Part shown: piece after piece, positions 1 through 8,740 of the stretch
Layout: each line of letters opens with the position of its first letter
Numbering within the stretch: the first letter of the stretch is position 1
Assembly: GCA_016870325.1 (NCBI GenBank)
Contig: VGBV01000001.1
Span: 3,349-67,348 of the forward strand
Direction of reading: 5' to 3'
Length of the DNA: 64,000 nucleotides
Source of the DNA: Actinomycetota bacterium
GTDB lineage: Bacteria > Actinomycetota > Thermoleophilia > Solirubrobacterales > 70-9
Translations under genes and position numbers: made by a program
Notes under the pieces: generated by a model
Seen by the model: the letters and a program-made list of their open reading frames with translations, nothing else
Databases searched by the model: none
What the model was told of the DNA's origin: nothing

Positions 1-488
1 GCACGATGGCCGAGGCCGCCGCCCACGGCGAGCTGCTGGTGATGGCCGCCAAGGGCACCGAGGTCGAGAGCGCCGTCGCGGAGGGGGGCGCGGAGAGCTT
101 CGACGGCAAGGTGCTGATGGACGTCACCAATCCACCCGTCTTCGGCGAGGGAGTCCCCACCCTCGCCTGGGGCACGACCGACTCGGGCGGCGAGCGCCTG
201 CAACGAGCCGTCCTGGGCGCGAAGGTGGTGAAGACGCTCAACATCGTCAATGCCGGGCAGATGGTGGATCCCGAGGTGCCGAACGGCCCGGCGACCATGT
301 TCGTCGCGGGCGAGGACGAGGAGGCCAAAGCCGAGGTGACCGGGATCCTCGGCGACTTCGGCTGGTCCGGCGTCATCGACCTCGGCGGCATCGAGGCCGC
401 CCGCGAGCTGGAGTCCCTGTGCGTGCTCTGGGTCCGCTACGCGGTCCCGGCCCATGACTTCGGGGCGGCGTTCAGGCTGCTGCGCTGA
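1..488 (+). CDS. NADPH-dependent F420 reductase-like NADP oxidoreductase (5' end outside window)
   Basis: Frame is open from the window edge to the stop at 486-488. The tail ([46 protein letters not shown]) resembles the C-terminal half of NpdG-type oxidoreductases. Confidence 0.7.
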   Translation, partial: TMAEAAAHGELLVMAAKGTEVESAVAEGGAESFDGKVLMDVTNPPVFGEGVPTLAWGTTDSGGERLQRAVLGAKVVKTLNIVNAGQMVDPEVPNGPATMFVAGEDEEAKAEVTGILGDFGWSGVIDLGGIEAARELESLCVLWVRYAVPAHDFGAAFRLLR

Positions 489-570
489 CGCGGCTGCCGG
501 GCGGGTAGCTAGGCTCAGTGCTGACGCGCAGCGACGAGGCTGCGACCCGAGCGAGAAGGAGACGGCGCAG

Positions 571-1206
571 ATGCCCCTGGTACCGATGGTGGTCGAGCAG
601 TCAGCGCGGGGCGAGCGCTCCTTCGACATCTACTCGCGGATGCTGAACGAGCGGGTGGTCTTCCTGGGCTCGGAGATCGACGACCAGGTCGCGAACCTGA
701 TCGTGGCCCAGATCATCCACCTCGAGTCCGAGGATCCCGACAAGGACATCAGCCTCTACATCAACTCCCCCGGGGGCCAGGTGTACGCCGGGCTCGCGAT
801 CTACGACGCGATGCAGTTCGTGAAGCCCGATGTGGCGACCATCTGTTATGGCATCGGCATGTCGATGGGCGCGCTGCTGCTGGCCGGCGGAGCGCCCGGC
901 AAGCGCATGGCTCTGCCCAACTCGCGCATCCTCATCCACCAGCCCTCGGGCGGTTTCCAGGGCCAGGCCTCAGACATCGAGATCCACGCGCGCGAGACGC
1001 TGAAGCTCCGCGACCAGATCAACGAGATCTACGCCAAGCACACCGGCAAGTCGACGGAGCAGGTGCGCACCGACCAGGACCGCGACCGCTTCTTCAAGGC
1101 GGACGAAGCGAAGGAGTACGGCCTGATCGACCGCGTGATCGAGCACCGCGACCTGTTCGAGAAGCAGGCCGGCGCCTCTTCGAACGGGGCCGACGCGACG
1201 AAGTAG
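571..1206 (+). CDS. clpP: ATP-dependent Clp protease proteolytic subunit
   Basis: ATG 571 follows GAAGGAGA. ClpP hallmarks are present: [27 protein letters not shown] (Ser site), ILIHQPSGG (His site). The in-frame extension back to 454 looks non-coding. Confidence 0.95.
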   Translation: MPLVPMVVEQSARGERSFDIYSRMLNERVVFLGSEIDDQVANLIVAQIIHLESEDPDKDISLYINSPGGQVYAGLAIYDAMQFVKPDVATICYGIGMSMGALLLAGGAPGKRMALPNSRILIHQPSGGFQGQASDIEIHARETLKLRDQINEIYAKHTGKSTEQVRTDQDRDRFFKADEAKEYGLIDRVIEHRDLFEKQAGASSNGADATK

Positions 1207-1301
1207 CGCGACGCTCCGGGTTCGTCCAGAGGCCAGGATCCGGGCGTATCCTCATCACCGCCTACGAGGGTGGCGGCGGCCTGTCCGGCTGAGGCCCCGG
1301 G

Positions 1302-2114
1302 TCAGGCCCCCGCCAACGTCGACACGATCGCCTCGTAGACGCCATCCCCCATCGCGCCCTCGGTCACGGTGACGTTGGGGCAGCCGCCGATCGCCTCGCG
1401 CAGGCCGGCGTCGCGCTCGGGGCCGTTGGCGGGGACGAAGAAGCGGCCGACGACCTCGGCCACGGCCAGGTCCTCGACCGAGTCGCCGATCGCGATGCAC
1501 TCCTCGGGCGCGTAGCCGCGGGCGCGCATGTGGAAGACGACGGCGTTCGCCTTGCTCGCCGCCGCGGGCATCAGGTGGTAGGCGTGGGCGCGTCCCTCGA
1601 CCCCGTCCATCTGGCGCACGATCGCTCCGTTGTCGATCAGCTTCAGGGAGCCGTGGCCCTCGCGCTCGAGGATCGCGTTGGCCTCGGCGACGTCGATCTT
1701 GCCCCTGAACAGGTGCGAGTGCTTGCGGCCGGTGTGCCAGGGCTCGTGGTACTCGAGGGCCGGAGCGAAAGCCTCGAACAGCAGCTCGGGCAGCCCGCGG
1801 TCGACGATGGTCTCGTAGACCGTACGCCCGTCGTCGGAACGGAAGTCACCGATCAGGACCGTGTCCTCGCCGTCCAGCATCACCGCGCAGCCGGCCTCGT
1901 AGATGTAGGCGGTCTGCCCCATCAGCCGCGCGTCCTCGAGCACCTGCGGCTCGCGGCGGCCGGACTTGACCACGACCTCGACGCCCGCGCGGTGGCAGGC
2001 CTCCAGCGCTCGCGACTGCAGCATCGAGAAGTTGCCCTCGGCGTCGCGGAAGAGCGAGCCGAAGCGCCCGAGCAGGGTCCCGTCGAGGTCGGTGTAGACG
2101 CAGCGCAGAGCCAT
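1302..2114 (-). CDS. HAD-IIB (Cof-type) phosphatase
   Basis: ATG at 2114. Has the DxDGT motif (VYTDLDGTLL) and C-terminal IGDSVEDL. The part of track ORF 1302..2978 upstream of 2114 is Arg/Pro-rich shadow. Confidence 0.85.
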   Translation of the reverse strand: MALRCVYTDLDGTLLGRFGSLFRDAEGNFSMLQSRALEACHRAGVEVVVKSGRREPQVLEDARLMGQTAYIYEAGCAVMLDGEDTVLIGDFRSDDGRTVYETIVDRGLPELLFEAFAPALEYHEPWHTGRKHSHLFRGKIDVAEANAILEREGHGSLKLIDNGAIVRQMDGVEGRAHAYHLMPAAASKANAVVFHMRARGYAPEECIAIGDSVEDLAVAEVVGRFFVPANGPERDAGLREAIGGCPNVTVTEGAMGDGVYEAIVSTLAGA

Positions 2115-2183
2115 CGCCGCGAACGGTAGCCATCCCCGTGCCCGGCCACACCGCGCCCGCCGGCGACGCCGCGGGATACCGTA

Positions 2184-3044
2184 GTGCTGATGCCCTGCTG
2201 GAAGCTCGCCGACCGCTCGCTCGAACTCGACCGTCCGCTCGCGGCCGGGATCGTCAACGTCACCGACGACTCGATGTACGCGGGCGCGCGCAGCGGCACC
2301 GCCGAGCAGGCGGTCGCCGACGGCGAGCGCCTGGCCGGGGAGGGCTTCGAGATGCTCGATGTCGGCGCGGTCGCCGCGCGCAGCGGGCCGCCGGTGCCGC
2401 CCGCCGAGGAGGCGGCGAAGCTCGCCCCGGCGATCGCCGGGTTGGTCGAGCGCACCGGACTGCCGGTCTCGGCCGACACCTTCTCGACCGAGGTCGCGGC
2501 GGCGGCGCTCGGGGCGGGCGCGGTCGCGATCAACGACATCAGCGGCGGGCGCGACCCCGCCCTGTTCGAGCTCGCGGCCGAGAGCGGCGCCGGGCTGGTG
2601 CTGATGCACATCGAGGGGCCGCCGCGGGAGGACCGCCCCACCCCCCGCTTCCCCGATCCGGTCGACCACCTGAAGGGCTGGTTCGCGGAGCGGATCGAGG
2701 CCGCGCTCGCCAGAGGGGTCGCCGCCGAGCAGCTCGCGCTCGACCCCGGCATCGACTTCGACCTGGGCGTCGGCGACGGCCTCGAGGTGCTGCGCCGGCT
2801 CGGCGAGCTGGGCTCGCTGGGGCGCCCGCTCTACGTCAGCCTCTCGCGCAAGGACCTGCTGGGCGCCGTGCTCGGCGGGTCCTGGGACGCGCGCCTGAGG
2901 CCCGATCAGCGCGAATGGGCGACCTGCGCCGCGACCGCGCTCGCTGTGACCCGGGGGGGCGCGATCCACCGTCTGCATGACGCCAGCGCGCTGCAGGCGA
3001 TGCGGATCGCGGGCGCGGTGGTTGCGGGGGCGGGCCGTGGCTAG
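2184..3044 (+). CDS. folP: dihydropteroate synthase
   Basis: Pterin-binding motifs GIVNVTDDS, MLDVGA, VSADTF, AINDISGG, LVLMH. Start is GTG 2184 or ATG 2190. Confidence 0.9.
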   Translation: MLMPCWKLADRSLELDRPLAAGIVNVTDDSMYAGARSGTAEQAVADGERLAGEGFEMLDVGAVAARSGPPVPPAEEAAKLAPAIAGLVERTGLPVSADTFSTEVAAAALGAGAVAINDISGGRDPALFELAAESGAGLVLMHIEGPPREDRPTPRFPDPVDHLKGWFAERIEAALARGVAAEQLALDPGIDFDLGVGDGLEVLRRLGELGSLGRPLYVSLSRKDLLGAVLGGSWDARLRPDQREWATCAATALAVTRGGAIHRLHDASALQAMRIAGAVVAGAGRG

Positions 3045-5373
3045 CGGCTCGAACGTCTACGGCGGCGCCTGGGAGCCCGCGCTGTCGCCTGGGCGGGAGG
3101 ATGGGCGCCTGGTCGCGGAGAGCTCGGAGGCGGCGACGATGGCGAAGCTGACCGACCTGCCGGCCTCGCTGCACCCCGGGCTGGCCGAAGCGCTGGCGTC
3201 GGCCGGGATCGAGTCCCTCTACTCGCACCAGGCCGAGGCATACGAGCTGGCGAGGACCTCGGACCTGATCCTGACCAGCGGCACCGCCAGCGGCAAGTCG
3301 CTCAGCTTCAACCTGCCCGTGCTCGACGGGATCGCACACGAGCCCAAGCGCCGCGCGCTCTACCTCTACCCGACCAAGGCGCTGGCCCAGGACCAGGCCC
3401 GCAAGCTCGCCGCGCTGGGGCCGCCCGGCCTGCGCCACGCGATCTACGACGGGGACACGCCGCGCGAGGACAGGCCCTCGATCCGGCGGCGGTCGAACCT
3501 GATCCTGACCAACCCCGACATGCTCAACGTCGCCCTGCTCCCCCACCACGGGCGCTGGGCCGACTTCCTCGTCAACCTCGGCTGGGTCGTCGTCGACGAG
3601 GCGCACACCTACCGCGGTGTGTTCGGCTCCCACGTCGCCAACCTGCTGCGGCGGCTGCGGCGGATCGCGGGCCTCTACGGGGCCCAGCCGCGGATGGTGC
3701 TGACCTCGGCGACGATCGCCAACCCGGTCGAGCTGGCCGAGCGCCTGACAGGCATGCCCTTCGAGCTGCTCGACGGCGACGGCGCGCCGCGCGCGGGGCG
3801 AGAGATCGCGATCTGGAACCCGCCGGTGATCGACGAGCGCACGATGACCAGGCGCTCGGCCGTGAGCGAGGCGGCCGACCTGCTGGTCGAGCTGGTCAAC
3901 CGCGGGGTGCGGACCATCTGCTTCATGAAGAGCCGCCGCGGGATCGAGCTGGTCAACCGCTTCGCCTCGATCAAGCTCGTCGAGTCCGGCCAGGGCCACC
4001 TGGCCGACCGCATCGCCCCCTACCGCGCCGGCTACACCCCACAGCAGAGGCGCGAGATCGAGGCGGCGCTGGCGCGGGGCGAGCTGCTGGCGGTGAGCGC
4101 CACCAACGCGCTCGAGCTGGGCATCGACATCGGCGAGCTGGACGCCGCGATCTGCGTCAACTTCCCGGGGACCGTCGCCAGCCTGCGCCAGATGTGGGGC
4201 CGGGCCGGGCGCCGGCGGCGGGGGCTGGCGGTGTACGTCGCCGGCGAGGACGGGCTCGACCAGTTCTTCTGCCGCCACCCCGACGAGTTCCTCGGCCGCC
4301 CGGTCGAGGCGGCGATCCTCGACCACCGCAGCGAGCAGATCCAGATGCAGCACCTGACCGCGGCCGCGTACGAGGCGCCGCTGGGGTCGCTGCCGAGCGA
4401 CGACGAGATCCTGGGCGAGGGCTGGCGCGAGCCCGCCGAGCGCCTGGTGGCGATGGGCGAGCTGCGAAGAGCCCGCGGCGACCGCTACATGACCCGGGGC
4501 GGCGACTTCGTCGCGGGGCGGATCAGCCTGCGCTCGGCCTCGGCCCGGAGCGTCGCCGTGATCGACTCGAGCTCGGGCGAGATGATCGGCCGGGTCGAGG
4601 TTGAGCGCGCCTTCTCCACGGTCCACCCCGGCGCCGTCTACCTGCACCTGGGCCGCTCCTATGAGGTCACCGAGCTGGACGTCAGCCACGCCCGGGCGAT
4701 CGTGCGTCCCTTCGACGGCGACTACTACACGCAGGTGAAGAAGGAGACCGAGGTCTACATCGAGGAGACGCGGACGACGCGCGGCGTGCTCGGCGTCGAG
4801 CTCAGCTTCGGATCGGTGTCGGTCAGCGAGCAGGTGATCGCCTACCAGCGCAAGCGCCTGGGAGACAACGAGGTGCTCGAAATCATCGCGCTCGACCTGC
4901 CCGAGCAGGATTTCGTCACGCAGGCGCTCTGGTACGTGATCGGCGACCGCATGGCGGCCAGGCTGCCGGCCGAGGTGCTGCTCGGCGCCCTGCACGCCTC
5001 CGAGCACGGCCAGATCGCGGTGCTGCCCCTGATCGCGATGTGCGACCGCTGGGACATCGGCGGGCTCTCGACCAACGTCCACTTCCAGACCGGGTCGCCG
5101 ACGATCTTCATCCACGACGGGCACCCGGGCGGGATCGGGATCAGCCGCTGCGGCTTCGAGGAGTTCGAGCGCCTGGTCGGCGACGCCGACAGGCTGATCC
5201 GCGAGTGCCCGTGCGAGTCCGGCTGCCCCTCGTGCGTGCAGAGCCCCAAGTGCGGCAACCTGAACGAGCACCTGCACAAGGCCGGCGCGCTGGAGCTGAT
5301 GGGCTCGATGCTCGGGTCCGGAAGGGACGCCGGCAGGCGCGGGGCGGGGACGGGACGCAAGGCCGCGGGTTGA
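3037..5373 (+). CDS. DEAD/DEAH-box helicase with C-terminal MrfA-type zinc-ribbon (DUF1998) domain (YprA/MrfA-like)
   Basis: Walker A GTASGKS, VVDEAH, TSAT, ATNALELGIDIG, QMWGRAGR. C-terminal CPCESGCPSCVQSPKCGN. GTG 3037 overlaps the folP stop (GTGGCTAG); ATG 3139 is an alternative start. Confidence 0.9.
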   Translation: MASGSNVYGGAWEPALSPGREDGRLVAESSEAATMAKLTDLPASLHPGLAEALASAGIESLYSHQAEAYELARTSDLILTSGTASGKSLSFNLPVLDGIAHEPKRRALYLYPTKALAQDQARKLAALGPPGLRHAIYDGDTPREDRPSIRRRSNLILTNPDMLNVALLPHHGRWADFLVNLGWVVVDEAHTYRGVFGSHVANLLRRLRRIAGLYGAQPRMVLTSATIANPVELAERLTGMPFELLDGDGAPRAGREIAIWNPPVIDERTMTRRSAVSEAADLLVELVNRGVRTICFMKSRRGIELVNRFASIKLVESGQGHLADRIAPYRAGYTPQQRREIEAALARGELLAVSATNALELGIDIGELDAAICVNFPGTVASLRQMWGRAGRRRRGLAVYVAGEDGLDQFFCRHPDEFLGRPVEAAILDHRSEQIQMQHLTAAAYEAPLGSLPSDDEILGEGWREPAERLVAMGELRRARGDRYMTRGGDFVAGRISLRSASARSVAVIDSSSGEMIGRVEVERAFSTVHPGAVYLHLGRSYEVTELDVSHARAIVRPFDGDYYTQVKKETEVYIEETRTTRGVLGVELSFGSVSVSEQVIAYQRKRLGDNEVLEIIALDLPEQDFVTQALWYVIGDRMAARLPAEVLLGALHASEHGQIAVLPLIAMCDRWDIGGLSTNVHFQTGSPTIFIHDGHPGGIGISRCGFEEFERLVGDADRLIRECPCESGCPSCVQSPKCGNLNEHLHKAGALELMGSMLGSGRDAGRRGAGTGRKAAG

Positions 5374-5894
5374 GCGAGCGCCTGCCCCAGATCTCGGTGA
5401 TCGGCGGCGGCCGGGCCGGGCCGGAGCTGCTCGAGCTGGCCGAGGGGGTCGGCCGGGGCCTGGCCGAGGCGGGAGCGGTCCTCGTCTGCGGCGGCAGGGG
5501 CGGGGTCATGGAGGCCGCCTCGCGCGGCGCGCGCGGGGCGGGGGGCGTCGTGATCGGCATCCTGCCCGGCCTCTCGCCGAGCGAGGCGAACGAGTTCGTG
5601 ACGCACACGGTGGCGACCGGGATCGGGCACGCCCGCAACCTGGCCGTGGTCGCCTCGGGCGATGCGGTGGTCGCGATCGGCGGCGAGTGGGGAACGCTGT
5701 CGGAGATCGCGCTCGCGCGCCGCCTCGGCCACCCGGTCGTGGCGCTGCGCAGCTGGAGCCTCGATAACCCGGCCGTCGCCGAGATGGGCTTGACCGAGGC
5801 CGAGGACGCGGCCCACGCGGTCGAGCTGGCGCTCGCCGCCGCCGACGGGCCGGCGCCGTCCCCGCAGCGCGGCCGCGACCCGGTCGACCGGTGA
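5370..5894 (+). CDS. TIGR00725-type LOG-like (SLOG superfamily) Rossmannoid protein
   Basis: TTG 5370 overlaps the helicase TGA (TTGA). Motifs VIGGG, LVCGGRGGVMEAASRGA, GVVIGILP, VAIGGEWGTLSEIA are typical of the TIGR00725/LOG family. Confidence 0.8.
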   Translation: MSERLPQISVIGGGRAGPELLELAEGVGRGLAEAGAVLVCGGRGGVMEAASRGARGAGGVVIGILPGLSPSEANEFVTHTVATGIGHARNLAVVASGDAVVAIGGEWGTLSEIALARRLGHPVVALRSWSLDNPAVAEMGLTEAEDAAHAVELALAAADGPAPSPQRGRDPVDR

Positions 5895-5919
5895 GCACCG
5901 ACGGCCGCGCGGTGGCGCG

Positions 5920-6069
5920 CAGGTCTTTCGCATCGCCGCCGGCAGGATCGCCGAGGTCTGGGAGTTCCGCGGCCTGCCCGAGGCGACGGAGCTGTTGGCG
6001 GGCTCGGCGCCGGACCCTGCGAGAGACCCAGCAGCCCGTGCTGCCCGGCTGCACCCTCGCGGCCGGTGA
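5920..6069 (+). pseudogene. possible C-terminal scrap of a SnoaL/NTF2-like protein
   Basis: Reading from 5920 gives QVFRIAAGRIAEVWEFRGLPE, like the last strand of SnoaL-like proteins. There is no start codon or N-terminal part, and the remainder is low complexity. Confidence 0.25.
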
Positions 6070-6075
6070 GCGGGC

Positions 6076-6752
6076 TCAGCCGGTGAAGCGGCAGCCGAGG
6101 CCCGGGTCGGTCACGATCAGGGCCGGGCGGGACGGGTCGAGCTCGATCTTCTGGCGCAGGTTCATCATCTGCACACGCAGCAGATGGACGTCGTCGACCG
6201 ACTCGACCCCCAGACCTCGGCCAGCGGCTTGCGGTGGGTGAGCAGCCGCCCCCGCGAGTGGACCAGCGCCGTCAGCAGCCTCAGCTCCGTGGGCGTGAGC
6301 CGGATCAGCTCCCCGCCCCTGCGCACGGTGGTGCCGGCGAGATCGATTTCGAGGCCGTCGGGCGTCTCGATCCGATCCTCCTCGGGCTCCCCGCTGCGCC
6401 GCAGCAGCGCGCTGAGCCGGGCCAACAGATACTCGCGCCCGAACGGCTTGGTCACGTAGTCGTCGGCGCCCGCCTCGAGCGCGCGCACCTTCTCGCCCTC
6501 CTCGTCGACGACGGAGAGCACGAGGACGGGCAGCTCGCTGCGCTCGCGCAGGCGCTCGCAGAGCCAGATCCCGTCCTCCCCGGGCAGGCTCAGGTCCACC
6601 ACGGCGATGTTCGGGCGGGGAGCGGTGAACAGCTCGAGAGCCTCCTCCGCGCTGGCGGCGGCGGTCACCTCGTACCCCTCGGCGCCCGGCAGCAGCTCCA
6701 GCGAGCGCCTGATCCGGAGATCGTAATCGCAGACGAGGGCGCGTTGGCTCAT
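6076..6752 (-). pseudogene. OmpR/KdpE-family response regulator, frameshifted near the C-terminus
   Basis: Receiver domain (IAVVDLSLPGEDG, TKPF) plus a winged helix. The frame breaks in the C5 run 6207-6211. One frame ends in junk at 6165. The other continues VESVDDVHLLRVQMMNLRQKIELDPSRPALIVTDPGLGCRFTG to the stop at 6076-6078. Confidence 0.8.
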
Positions 6753-7470
6753 CTTCCCTGCGGGCGTTCCCCGTCGCCGTTGCTCGGCGACCGCTCGCCT
6801 CGGTTCGGGGGCGGCCGCTCGATCGGCAGCTCGATCACGAAGTCCGCCCCCGTGCCCTCCTGCCGCTCCAGCCGCAGTCGTCCCCCGTCGGCATCGCCTC
6901 GACGAAGCCACGGGCGATCGCCAGCCCGAGTCCCGAGCCCTCCGCCCCCCTTACGAGCGAAACGGCTCGAACGCCTCCTCGCCGAGAGAATCGGGGACGC
7001 CGGGGCCCCGGTCGGAGACGACGATGCGCACGGCCGTACCGTTGCCCGCCGTGCCGCTCAGCCGGACGCCGTGCCCGGCGGCGTGCCGGCGGGCGTTCTG
7101 CAGCAGGTTCGATAGCGCCCGTTCCAGCTGCACCGGGTCGGCCCGCACCAAGGGCAGCTCGCCGACGCTCAGCTCCACGTCCATGCCGGGCTCGCTCGCG
7201 AGCGCGTGCGAGATCACGGCGACGAGCGAGATCCACTCCCGCTGGGGCCCCCCAGTCCACCCTCCTCGAGCTGGGCCAGGTCGAGCACGTCGTCAACGAG
7301 CTTTCGCAAATCCGCCGTGGCCCCCGTCGCCATCTCACCATCTCGCCGCGCACCTCCGGGTGCAGGTCGGGATCTCCGAGCGCCTGCACCTATGTGTGGA
7401 GGGCGGTCAGCGGTGTGCGGAAATCGTGGGAGACCGCGCGCAGGACCGTGGCGAAGTGCAGCCCGCTGCG
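6749..7470 (-). pseudogene. KdpD-like sensor histidine kinase remnant (catalytic core only, multiple disruptions)
   Basis: H-box SHDFRTPLTALHT (7393-7431) is followed by an in-frame TAG (7390-7392). LRKLVDDVLDLAQLEEG, N-box LERALSNLLQNARRH, DRGPGVP and GSGLGLAIARGFVEAM lie in three different frames. The stop overlaps the regulator ATG (ATGA). No sensor or TM part is present; the sequence runs into tRNA-Phe. Confidence 0.8.
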
Positions 7471-7501
7471 CCCTCGCGGACGGCGGTACCCTTCGCGATC
7501 C

Positions 7502-7574
7502 GGCGAGGTAGCTCAGTTGGTAGAGCACACGACTGAAAATCGTGGTGTCGCCAGTTCGATTCTGGCCCTCGCCA
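7502..7574 (+). tRNA. tRNA-Phe (anticodon GAA)
   Basis: Cloverleaf: acceptor GGCGAGG/CCTCGCC, anticodon stem CACGA/TCGTG with loop CTGAAAA, T-arm GCCAG-TTCGATT-CTGGC, discriminator A. Confidence 0.93.
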
Positions 7575-7709
7575 CTCGGCTTCTACCCCGGCCGCGCGCC
7601 AGGCCGACGATCGGTAGCGGCCTTACCACGAGCGAATCCTGCACCCTGAGACCACTCCCGATCTCAGCACCCCGGTCGAGGCCGTCACGGCCGCCGACCT
7701 GGTGGAGAC

Positions 7710-7955
7710 GCCGAGCGGGTGCAGCTGACGATCCCCGAGGAGTGCTGGCGCCCCGCCCTCTCGCGCTCGCTGGCGCCGAAGATCACCGCCCTGCACCGCG
7801 ACCTCGACGAGTACCTGGGCTACTGCAACCACGACCGCGCCCATACCGGGCGCCTGGCGACGGGCAGGGTGCCGGCGGATGTCGTCTTCGGCGCCCGCAA
7901 GATGGGGAGCGTGGGATGAGGCCGAGTTGTTGGGAGAACTTCGGGAATAGGACGG
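7710..7955 (+). mobile_element. IS remnant copy A: 3' end of a DDE (rve) transposase gene plus the IS terminus
   Basis: Encodes ERVQLTIPEECWRPALS..YCNHDRAHTGRLATGRVPADVVFGARKMGSVG, then TGAGGCCGAGTTGTTGGGAGAACTTCGGGAATAGGACGG. By eye it differs at 4 positions from 30944-31189 (reverse strand). The catalytic part is absent. Confidence 0.8.
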
Positions 7956-8094
7956 ACCCCCCTCTCGCTTCCCGTTGGGCTTTCCTTTACGAAGACTCGA
8001 TCGGCGTTCGCCTGCTGCCCAGACGCACGGCCCGATAACGGTTCAGCGTTAGCCCACTGATATGCGAGAGGGGGGACGGACTAGAGTCCCGGCA

Positions 8095-8472
8095 ATGCGG
8101 CTGATCCACACCTGCTACCGAATCACCGACCCGGAGCGCTCGGTCGCCTTCTACGAGGCGCTGGGGCTGGAGAAGCGCCGCGAGATGCCGATCCGCGACG
8201 AGGCGGTCAACATCTTCATGGGCGTGCCGGGCGAGGCCCTGCCCGAGCTGGAGCTGACCTACAACCACGGCGTCGACAGCTACGAGCCCGGCACCGCCTA
8301 CGGGCACGTGGCCCTCGCGGTGGACGACCTCGACCGTACCCTCGAGCAGCTGAAGGGGATGGGGATCGAGCCTGAGCGGCCGCCGTATCAGCTGCGCGAG
8401 GGCGGCTCCCGGCTCTGCTTCGTCAGGGACCCCGACGACTACCGGATCGAGCTGCTCGAGCCGGGCTCCTAG
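8095..8472 (+). CDS. gloA: lactoylglutathione lyase / glyoxalase I (VOC family)
   Basis: MRLIHTCYRITDPERSVAFYE..ELTYNHG..YGHVALAVDD..YRIELLE matches the typical GloA pattern. Confidence 0.88.
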   Translation: MRLIHTCYRITDPERSVAFYEALGLEKRREMPIRDEAVNIFMGVPGEALPELELTYNHGVDSYEPGTAYGHVALAVDDLDRTLEQLKGMGIEPERPPYQLREGGSRLCFVRDPDDYRIELLEPGS

Positions 8473-8488
8473 GAGACGCCGCACCGAG

Positions 8489-8740
8489 ACGCCGGCCGGC
8501 ACCTACGAGGCCTTCCGCAAGGAGCTGAGCTCGCGGTCGGTTCCGTTCAGCACCTGGCTTCCCTACGCCTCCTACTTCAACAGCGGCATCGCCTTCCACG
8601 AGTACGCGCAGGTGCCGCCCTACCCGGCCTCACACGGCTGCGTGCGCGTACCGGCGCCCGAGGCGCCGTTCGTCTACGAGTTCGCTGCGATCGGACTACT
8701 GTGCGGGTGTTCTGAGATCGGCGAAGGAGCGCTGGGGTGA
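8489..8740 (+). pseudogene. L,D-transpeptidase (YkuD) C-terminal fragment
   Basis: A frame without a start codon reads TPAGTYEAFRK..YASYFNSGIAFHEYAQVPPYPASHGCVRVPAPEAPFVYEF, which includes the catalytic SHGC motif. No N-terminal or signal region is present. Its stop overlaps the GTG of the next gene. Confidence 0.6.

Noticed and set aside
1302-2978. Track ORF 1302..2978 as a 558-aa protein.
   Set aside because: Only the C-terminal 270 aa (from ATG 2114) match a HAD phosphatase. The upstream part overlaps folP antisense and is low complexity.
2836-5277. Very long antisense ORFs opposite real genes. Examples are 2836..5277 (813 aa), 27777..29762, 31977..33842, 36105..37988 (upstream part), 56392..58347, 58909..60942, 14616..16394 and 62329..63504.
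   Set aside because: Their translations are Arg/Pro/Gly/Ala-rich with no recognisable motifs. Each lies opposite a gene with clear family signatures. They are the typical shadow ORFs of high-GC DNA.
7575-8094. A genomic island or prophage integrated at tRNA-Phe.
   Set aside because: No tyrosine or serine integrase and no direct repeat of the tRNA 3' end was seen. Only a truncated DDE-transposase tail follows the tRNA, and housekeeping-type genes resume at 8095.
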